Sequence record: MZ779063.1
Reading direction: 5' to 3' (one strand)
Origin: Staphylococcus phage vB_SauM-UFV_DC4
Length of the DNA: 64,000 bases
Position 1 is the stretch's first letter. Each line of letters starts with the position of its first letter. A program made the translations under genes and the position numbers. Below, one piece after another: positions 57,621 to 64,000 of this stretch. Under the pieces are notes generated by a model. The model saw nothing but the letters and a program-made list of their open reading frames with translations, ran no database searches and was not told the DNA's origin.

Positions 57621-58781
57621 TTACCGATTTAATTCTCCTTCAAATAAATAATCTATATTAATGTAAGTTCTTTCAAATATTTCTTCATTAAGTCTTTTAA
57701 TCTCATTAGGATCATTAAAATCTATTATTTGAGAAGATAATATATTTTGAATTTTACTTCCATCAATTTCATCAACTATATGAGGATGATTGAATAGTTT
57801 AAACCTCTTAATTAGTTCTTCTAATTTTTCTTCTTTTATTTCATTTTCGAATAACTTTCTTAAAGATGATTCATTATTATATTCTTTTAAAGGAGATAAT
57901 TTTAAATCAGATATCATTTTATCCAATAATTTTACAGTTGATACTGGACCATAGCTTGGAATTGATTTGTATTCTTGATCTTTATGTTCCATAAATAAGT
58001 TATATAAGTCTAATATATTATAATCTATATTAACAAAATCGTTAATATCTTTTTTAGTACTAGAACTAAATAACTCATCTTTAATATTCTCTTTAGTTAT
58101 TACTTTACTCTTTTCTGATCCACGTAGTTCTAATAGTAATAATCGATCTTTATATTTTAATAATTGTCTATATATTTTATCATTACTAACTATTAATGAA
58201 TAATCATCATCATTTTCAATATTAGTTTTAGATAATATATAATAAGGTAATATAGTTGGTTCTATTTTATAAGTATCTATAAAATATGCGTTAGGTATAT
58301 ATTTAACTATAGTTTTAACTAATTCTAAAGTCGATTTAATAGTTTTATTAGTGTCTCTATAAGTTATATTGTCCTTATTCATCTTTTTATAATATTCTTT
58401 CTTATACTCTTCATCAATATTAGTATGATATATTGATTCTTTATCTGAATAAAATAAGAAAAATCTACTATGCATATTTAACCTACTAGCAAAGAAATGA
58501 CGATAATGACCTATTATATTAACTAATTCAACAACTAAATTTAATCTATCTTTAGTTTTTACATGTGTAAAATTTTCAGCTATTTGAGGTGAATATAATT
58601 GTTTAATGACTGAATTTAAATCTACATATATAGTTACATTATCATTTTTAGTATTACTACCAAACCTACCTCCTTCTACATAAGGTCTAACTAACTCAGT
58701 CATTTTGTTATAATTTAATTTTTTAGAGTTTATTATACGTTCTATTATACTAATATCCATATGTATTCCACATCCTTTCAT
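57621..58781 (-). CDS. Hypothetical protein
   Basis: 386-aa ORF. Confidence 0.5.
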   Translation of the reverse strand: MKGCGIHMDISIIERIINSKKLNYNKMTELVRPYVEGGRFGSNTKNDNVTIYVDLNSVIKQLYSPQIAENFTHVKTKDRLNLVVELVNIIGHYRHFFASRLNMHSRFFLFYSDKESIYHTNIDEEYKKEYYKKMNKDNITYRDTNKTIKSTLELVKTIVKYIPNAYFIDTYKIEPTILPYYILSKTNIENDDDYSLIVSNDKIYRQLLKYKDRLLLLELRGSEKSKVITKENIKDELFSSSTKKDINDFVNIDYNILDLYNLFMEHKDQEYKSIPSYGPVSTVKLLDKMISDLKLSPLKEYNNESSLRKLFENEIKEEKLEELIKRFKLFNHPHIVDEIDGSKIQNILSSQIIDFNDPNEIKRLNEEIFERTYINIDYLFEGELNR

Positions 58782-58887
58782 TGTTATAATATATAATTAT
58801 ATATTAATTCGTAATTTTATAAAAATTGATATTACCTAGTAACATTCACTTATAATAATAAGTATCGGGAAGTCGGTGAATTAAAAA

Positions 58888-60162
58888 TTGATAGAAAGCT
58901 TGATTACTAAAAAAATATTTAATATAAAATTAATAGCATTGTATTCAGATGGAACTACTGATGATTTATCTCAATTCATTAAAAGATCTAGGATAGAAAT
59001 GAACTTCCAAGAATATATTATGCCATACTATAGATTTATATTAAGATTACCTAAAGAAACTATAATTAAGATTAATAAAGATAGAGACAAAGTAGTATTT
59101 TCTTTTGCTTCAGATATGATTACTACTGATGCTGAAAGTGAAAGTTTATCTGTCCCCTTTTATGAAGAAATAATATTAAAACCGTTAATGGATTTAAGCA
59201 ATCCAGTTAATTATGATGATAGAGTGACTAGAACTGATGAAGATCAAAAACATTTATTTGATAGATATGAATTAGTTGCTATATCTGAAGAAACGTTAAA
59301 AACTAATAAACCTATAGTTTCAGGTATCTATAATAACTGTACTGTCAGTGAAGTAGTCACTGATTTATTAAGTAATTTAAAAAATAGAGAAATATATTTA
59401 CACGAGATAGATAATAACAAGATATATGAACAGATTATCTTACTTCCTGCAAACGTATATGACAATATAAAATTTATTGATGACGTATACGGTATATATA
59501 ATAGGGAAATTAAGATGTTTAACCATGAAACAGGATTAAATATTTTACCAATGTCTGGATTTGATCCTAATGAGATAGGTAAAGTTAAAGTAGAAATAAG
59601 ATTTCCATCAAATCAAACTGATGAAGAAATCATAGAAGGATCTTATGAACAAATATCTGAGGAAGATGACTTAGTTAGAAATAAAAATATAGTAACGAGA
59701 ATTAATAATGTATCTCTAGTAGATAATACAAGATTATTTAATGAATTAATCGGTTCAGAAATTAATTTATTTGGAATGGATAATGAAAGCGAATATACTA
59801 AATTAAACACATATCGTAGAGATATGGAAGATAGAAATGGACCTATTAATAAAGTAAAAGTATATGATGATATTTATGATAACCCTTATAGTCTAGAAAA
59901 AGAGTTTAACAATAGTAAAGATATAATATTAAAGATACAATTAAATGATATTGATTTAACTATGGAAGATACTTTTAAGCAATTTGATATAGAGTTCTTT
60001 AATGAATATTATAAACACTATAACGGTTTTTATGAATTATTATCTATTAATCAAGAATATAAAACAGCTAGTAAAGCTTTAGTCTTATCAAACTATGTTA
60101 CATTAAGAAAGATAACTGATCATACATTTATTAAGAATGATAAAAATAATCCCAATACCTAA
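58888..60162 (+). CDS. Hypothetical protein
   Basis: 424-aa ORF; the stop codon is embedded in the CCCAATACCT hairpin. Confidence 0.5.
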   Translation: MIESLITKKIFNIKLIALYSDGTTDDLSQFIKRSRIEMNFQEYIMPYYRFILRLPKETIIKINKDRDKVVFSFASDMITTDAESESLSVPFYEEIILKPLMDLSNPVNYDDRVTRTDEDQKHLFDRYELVAISEETLKTNKPIVSGIYNNCTVSEVVTDLLSNLKNREIYLHEIDNNKIYEQIILLPANVYDNIKFIDDVYGIYNREIKMFNHETGLNILPMSGFDPNEIGKVKVEIRFPSNQTDEEIIEGSYEQISEEDDLVRNKNIVTRINNVSLVDNTRLFNELIGSEINLFGMDNESEYTKLNTYRRDMEDRNGPINKVKVYDDIYDNPYSLEKEFNNSKDIILKIQLNDIDLTMEDTFKQFDIEFFNEYYKHYNGFYELLSINQEYKTASKALVLSNYVTLRKITDHTFIKNDKNNPNT

Positions 60163-60181
60163 GTAAATTATAGGTATTGGG
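60151..60181. terminator. Hairpin CCCAATACCT-aagtaaattat-AGGTATTGGG (second copy of the family at 29166)
   Basis: Between convergent genes 58888..60162(+) and 60190..60924(-). Confidence 0.55.
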
Positions 60182-60189
60182 ATAAATTA

Positions 60190-60924
60190 TTAACCAATGT
60201 ATTTTTGAACATCGTTTAATACATCTACATGACTCTTCATAGCATTATTAATTACTTTTCTATAAAGTACATTAAGTTTATTAAGATCATTAACCATTCG
60301 TTGATTTTCTCTTATTTTTTCTTCTTCAATTTCTTTATTAGCAAATTTAATTGAAGTCTCTGAAGCGGATTTCATTGTATCTGCTGAAATCTTAAATGAT
60401 TTAGCAAATGATTTAGCTTCATTAAACTGTTCGAATGATTTATTAACAATATATTCTAAATCAATAGACATTGTTAATGGTATTTCTAAGTAATGATCAC
60501 TTTCTTCTAATTCTTTTTCGAAGTCATAATATTTCATTGAGAAGCTATCATGACCTGCATAATTTAAAGTATTTTCATACTTTCTTAAATCAGCAGCTTT
60601 CCATATATTAAATACTGAAGCTGGACCTGAAAGTTTGCTCATTACGTTATTTATTTGCTCTTTATTCTTTTTAATTTTCTTAAGTGTAGATTTAGTTTTA
60701 ATTGTAACTCTGTTAAAATTGTTATTAAAGAATTTCATAAATTTAACTAATCCATTCTTAATTAATGATAGTATATTTAGGAAAAATTCTTTAACAGTTT
60801 GAAAGAAATCTTTAACAGGAGATTCATTTAGATTATTTAATTCATTATTAAACTTTAATGATTCATTTACAATTTCAATTTCTTCCTTTAAGAATTCATT
60901 ATTATAATCTTTATTTTCTAACAA
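60190..60924 (-). CDS. Hypothetical protein, paralog of ORF 61012..61806
   Basis: Shared pattern KEFFLNILSLIKNGLVKFMKFFNNNFNR vs KEFFIKIAKAIAEAFKKFTAFFVEAFNK. Confidence 0.5.
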   Translation of the reverse strand: MLENKDYNNEFLKEEIEIVNESLKFNNELNNLNESPVKDFFQTVKEFFLNILSLIKNGLVKFMKFFNNNFNRVTIKTKSTLKKIKKNKEQINNVMSKLSGPASVFNIWKAADLRKYENTLNYAGHDSFSMKYYDFEKELEESDHYLEIPLTMSIDLEYIVNKSFEQFNEAKSFAKSFKISADTMKSASETSIKFANKEIEEEKIRENQRMVNDLNKLNVLYRKVINNAMKSHVDVLNDVQKYIG

Positions 60925-60958
60925 GAAGAATCTTTCTCCTTTCTTTATTAAATAAAAA

Positions 60959-60991
60959 GACCTAATACCCTATTATTAAGAGTATTAGGTC
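60959..60991 (-). terminator. Hairpin GACCTAATAC-cctattattaag-AGTATTAGGTC
   Basis: Downstream of the 61012..61806 stop on the minus strand. Confidence 0.5.
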
Positions 60992-61011
60992 CTATATATT
61001 ATAGAAATTTA

Positions 61012-61806
61012 TTATTTTTCAGCAGCAGCTTTTTCTTCTTTTTTACCTGCACTATTAATAGCTTTAGCAGCAGTAAATGCTGTAGCTAATGTTTGGTTAG
61101 ATAATTTAACAGCTTTAGATACAGCTGTACGAGCTAATGAATGTGCTTTAGAAGCATTTCCAGCAACACGTTTTTTCTCAGTGATAGCTTCTTTATCACC
61201 TTTAGCAGCAGCTTCTACGCCTTGTTTTGCAATAAGTTGAGCTTTTTTATTAGTTTGATCTACTACTTTAGCAGCAGCTTTAACTTCACGTACTGAACCT
61301 TCAGCAGCTTGAGCAGCTTTGGAAGCATCGCTAATAGTAGAAATAGTTTCAGTAATTAAATTCTTTTCATCAGCAACACCTGATTTAGCTCTTTCAAAAC
61401 CACGATCGAAGTTATTACCATCTGGTTTAGCTAATTCTTGTAAGTTTTTCAAAGCAGAAGGTGCTAATAAAGAATAACTTTTAGCTTCTTCAAGTTTAGC
61501 AGAAGATTTAACTCCAGCGATATATTTTTTAACATTTAAAGTACGAGCTTGTAATTTGTTGAATGCTTCAACGAAGAAAGCAGTGAATTTTTTGAATGCT
61601 TCAGCAATAGCTTTAGCAATTTTAATGAAGAATTCTTTAGCTTTTTGAGCGTATTCTTTTAATTTGCTAGAACCTTGTTCTTCACCTGCAACAGCGTCTT
61701 CAGCTTCAGTAAGTACATTAACACTTTCTAGAACGAAAAGTTCTGTTTGAGTTGCTTCTAATTCCTCTTGTAGAGAAACAGTTTCGAATGATTGATTTTG
61801 TAACAT
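61012..61806 (-). CDS. Ala/Lys/Glu-rich predicted alpha-helical protein (scaffold- or coat-accessory-like), paralog of 60190..60924
   Basis: The C-terminal 150 aa are dominated by A/K/E/S/T (AAKAINSAGKKEEKAAAEK). Confidence 0.5.
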   Translation of the reverse strand: MLQNQSFETVSLQEELEATQTELFVLESVNVLTEAEDAVAGEEQGSSKLKEYAQKAKEFFIKIAKAIAEAFKKFTAFFVEAFNKLQARTLNVKKYIAGVKSSAKLEEAKSYSLLAPSALKNLQELAKPDGNNFDRGFERAKSGVADEKNLITETISTISDASKAAQAAEGSVREVKAAAKVVDQTNKKAQLIAKQGVEAAAKGDKEAITEKKRVAGNASKAHSLARTAVSKAVKLSNQTLATAFTAAKAINSAGKKEEKAAAEK

Positions 61807-61850
61807 TATATAATTTCCTCCATTTATTTTATAATTTAAATTTTTTAATA

Positions 61851-62882
61851 TCAGAAACTAATATTAAAATCAGTTTCTAATTCTTTTCCTATTTCTGCAT
61901 CTATTTGTTCTGATTCTGATTTACCTTGAACTTCAGCTACCCCAGAATCAATATCAATTTTATCAGCTAATTTATTTAAACGTTCAGTAGCTTTATTTTG
62001 TTTCTCACGTGATCTATCTGATAAATCATTATTTTGTTCACCTTCAATGATTTTAACAGCTTCACGTAAATATTCAGCTATATCTGAACGAGTTTTAATT
62101 ACTTTAATATAAGCTTGTTTTGTTAAATATAAAGCTAGCATAGAACCTGCAATAGCCATTATAGAAATGCTGCCGTATTTAATAGTTTTTTCTGACATTT
62201 TTAAGTATTTATTATCTTTAGCTTTTTTAGCTAAATCTACTATATCATCAAAACTAAATTCTTCATTAGCACTTACAAAAGAGCCATCAAATTTAAAAAT
62301 TTCTTTAAGCTTTCCTGCTTTATACATTTTTAAAACATTTTCCAAAGTATTTACTTCTAAAGAATTTTTATTTTTAAGTTTTTTACCATCAAATTGTAAT
62401 TTACCATCTTCATTACTAAATCCTAAGAAGAATAATTGTGAAGTTAATAACATAACTGTTGATGCTAAAGTAGTATAAACGATTTGACCAACTTCATTAC
62501 CATTATTAAAACATTTTTTAAAGTTATTTTTTTCTTTTTCAAGTAAGTTTACAGAATTCTCAATAGTATCAAAAACGGAAATAAGTTTAGGGTCAAAGCT
62601 ATTAGATTTTTGACTTTTTATGTATTTAAAAGTCTTTTCAAAATCTTTATAAGCTTTAACCTTTTTAAAATCGCCTTTACTAGAAAGGATCGATTTTAAA
62701 TTTTTATTTCCAGATTTTTTCAACATTTTTTCAGATGTTTTAGAGATTGCAACCGAAAGAGCTTCCATTTTTTCTTCTGGTTCTAATCTTTTAAAAGGTC
62801 TGAATGGTAAAGAGAATTCCTGTAAAACTCTTTGTGTAATTGCATCTTCAGTTAGAAGATGTTTTCTTTCAAGAAGTTCCAC
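61851..62882 (-). CDS. Hypothetical protein with a transmembrane segment
   Basis: Hydrophobic helices IVYTTLASTVMLLTSQLFFLGF and YGSISIMAIAGSMLALYL. Confidence 0.5.
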   Translation of the reverse strand: MELLERKHLLTEDAITQRVLQEFSLPFRPFKRLEPEEKMEALSVAISKTSEKMLKKSGNKNLKSILSSKGDFKKVKAYKDFEKTFKYIKSQKSNSFDPKLISVFDTIENSVNLLEKEKNNFKKCFNNGNEVGQIVYTTLASTVMLLTSQLFFLGFSNEDGKLQFDGKKLKNKNSLEVNTLENVLKMYKAGKLKEIFKFDGSFVSANEEFSFDDIVDLAKKAKDNKYLKMSEKTIKYGSISIMAIAGSMLALYLTKQAYIKVIKTRSDIAEYLREAVKIIEGEQNNDLSDRSREKQNKATERLNKLADKIDIDSGVAEVQGKSESEQIDAEIGKELETDFNISF

Positions 62883-63059
62883 AGGGAATCTCCACTTCCT
62901 TTCTAGGAGTTAATCCAAATATAATAAAATAATAAATGAAACCTACACGCTAATATAAATTTTCATTTTATATTTTATAAATTTTTGTTCTAAATATAAT
63001 TTCATTAATTTATTCAAATTAAGAAATATATCTTATTATATAATAACTGTTTCTATTAA

Positions 63060-63923
63060 TTAACGTTTTAATAATTTTTCAAGCATTTCTGAAGTTAAAT
63101 CTTTTTGATTATTCTTAACTTTGTAAGCACCAAGTTTACTTTCTTTAATAACTTCAAATTTGTTATGATCTGGTAAATATTTATAAACTAATTCTCTAGT
63201 TTGATCTAAGATAATAAAGTCTAATAAGAAGAATTCATTGTAAATTTTCTTAGCAGCTCTACGGTCAGATAGTAAATCAACACCAGTTTTACGTTTAACT
63301 TCATTAGCTTCATCGATAGTAATCATTAAAGCTGTTGTTGGAATATAGTTGGCTTTAGCTGACTTAGCAATTCCTGAAGCTTTATTAACTGAATAAAGAG
63401 AATTTAATTTATTCCAGATAGTTCCAGAACGTCCTTTTTTAGAGTCTTGAGCTATTTTCTTAACTTTCTCAGAATCTAATAATAAATCTCTTACTAAACG
63501 TAATTCACCTGTAGTAAATTTAACTAGTTTAGTTACTAAGTTTGAACCACGAGATTTATCAGAAAGATAGAAAATGATGTCTTCCGTTTTAACAACATGA
63601 ACAACTGTCTTAACACCGAATTTAGTATCCTTCTGAATATAATTTGAAGCTGGAAGAGGATTACCGTTTTTATCTGCAGGTACATAGTTAATTGTAGTTG
63701 TTATCGTAGTAGGTAAAGAAGCATTTATTTTTTCTTTATCTATAGTAACTTTTGCTCCAAAATTATCTCTTTCTGTATCTTTAATAGTAGTAGTAACTTG
63801 ACCTTTATAGTTTTCACTGAATTTTCTTTTTAATTCAGAATTTTTTTCTATAGTGTCACCATTAATTGATTTTAATCTACCGTCAAATACTGAATTTATA
63901 TTTCTATTAGAACTTTCTGACAT
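63060..63923 (-). CDS. Hypothetical protein
   Basis: 287-aa ORF. Confidence 0.5.
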   Translation of the reverse strand: MSESSNRNINSVFDGRLKSINGDTIEKNSELKRKFSENYKGQVTTTIKDTERDNFGAKVTIDKEKINASLPTTITTTINYVPADKNGNPLPASNYIQKDTKFGVKTVVHVVKTEDIIFYLSDKSRGSNLVTKLVKFTTGELRLVRDLLLDSEKVKKIAQDSKKGRSGTIWNKLNSLYSVNKASGIAKSAKANYIPTTALMITIDEANEVKRKTGVDLLSDRRAAKKIYNEFFLLDFIILDQTRELVYKYLPDHNKFEVIKESKLGAYKVKNNQKDLTSEMLEKLLKR

Positions 63924-64000
63924 ATTATTAAATTTAAATTCTTTCCCTTTACCATCTTTAACTTCAAGTATTTCTAAATTATAAGTTTTATTTGTATTCT

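Noticed and set aside
1-64000. Prophage, integrative element or bacterial chromosome context
   Set aside because: There is no integrase, no bacterial housekeeping genes and no attachment-site-like tRNA at a boundary. The gene content is uniformly phage-like.

Overview
This window is an extremely AT-rich stretch (about 27-28% GC by eye) of coding-dense DNA from what looks like a jumbo phage, not a bacterial chromosome. It has strand-switching gene blocks, hairpin-plus-T-run terminators between them, and a recurring TATATTATA promoter-like motif. Three fragments of a phage-encoded multisubunit RNA polymerase are recognisable. The first is a 1417-aa beta-subunit fragment (30429..34682, minus strand). 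The other two are paralogous beta-prime C-terminal fragments (10399..12312 and 35143..36369), each carrying the bridge-helix and trigger-loop signatures. Two beta-prime paralogs imply two RNAP sets, as in phiKZ- and AR9/PBS1-like phages. Alongside these sit a dCMP deaminase, a guanylate-kinase-like nucleotide kinase, an RNase H and a possible Ugi-like acidic protein. Together with the RNAP fragments, this is the gene set expected of a uracil-DNA (PBS1/AR9-like) phage. Other recognisable genes are a family-B DNA polymerase ORF that stops just after motif A, an SbcC/Rad50-like ATPase, and an SF2 helicase. A late-gene block on the minus strand holds an Ig-like-domain virion protein, a collagen-like beta-helix tail fibre, and a two-gene lysis cassette. 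The cassette is a CHAP lysin and an amidase_2 lysin that share a near-identical ~290-bp SH3b-coding repeat, the staphylococcal type of wall-binding domain. Immediately downstream of the second beta-prime fragment lie three paralogous endonuclease genes in tandem (tandem KHG zinc-ribbon repeats plus a Vsr/DUF559-like nuclease core), each with its own promoter and terminator, and a tRNA-like element. This looks like a homing-endonuclease or intron insertion hotspot. Several paralog families, conserved terminator hairpin families, and inverted repeats in promoter regions are also noted. All calls come from reading motifs by eye. No database searches were run.
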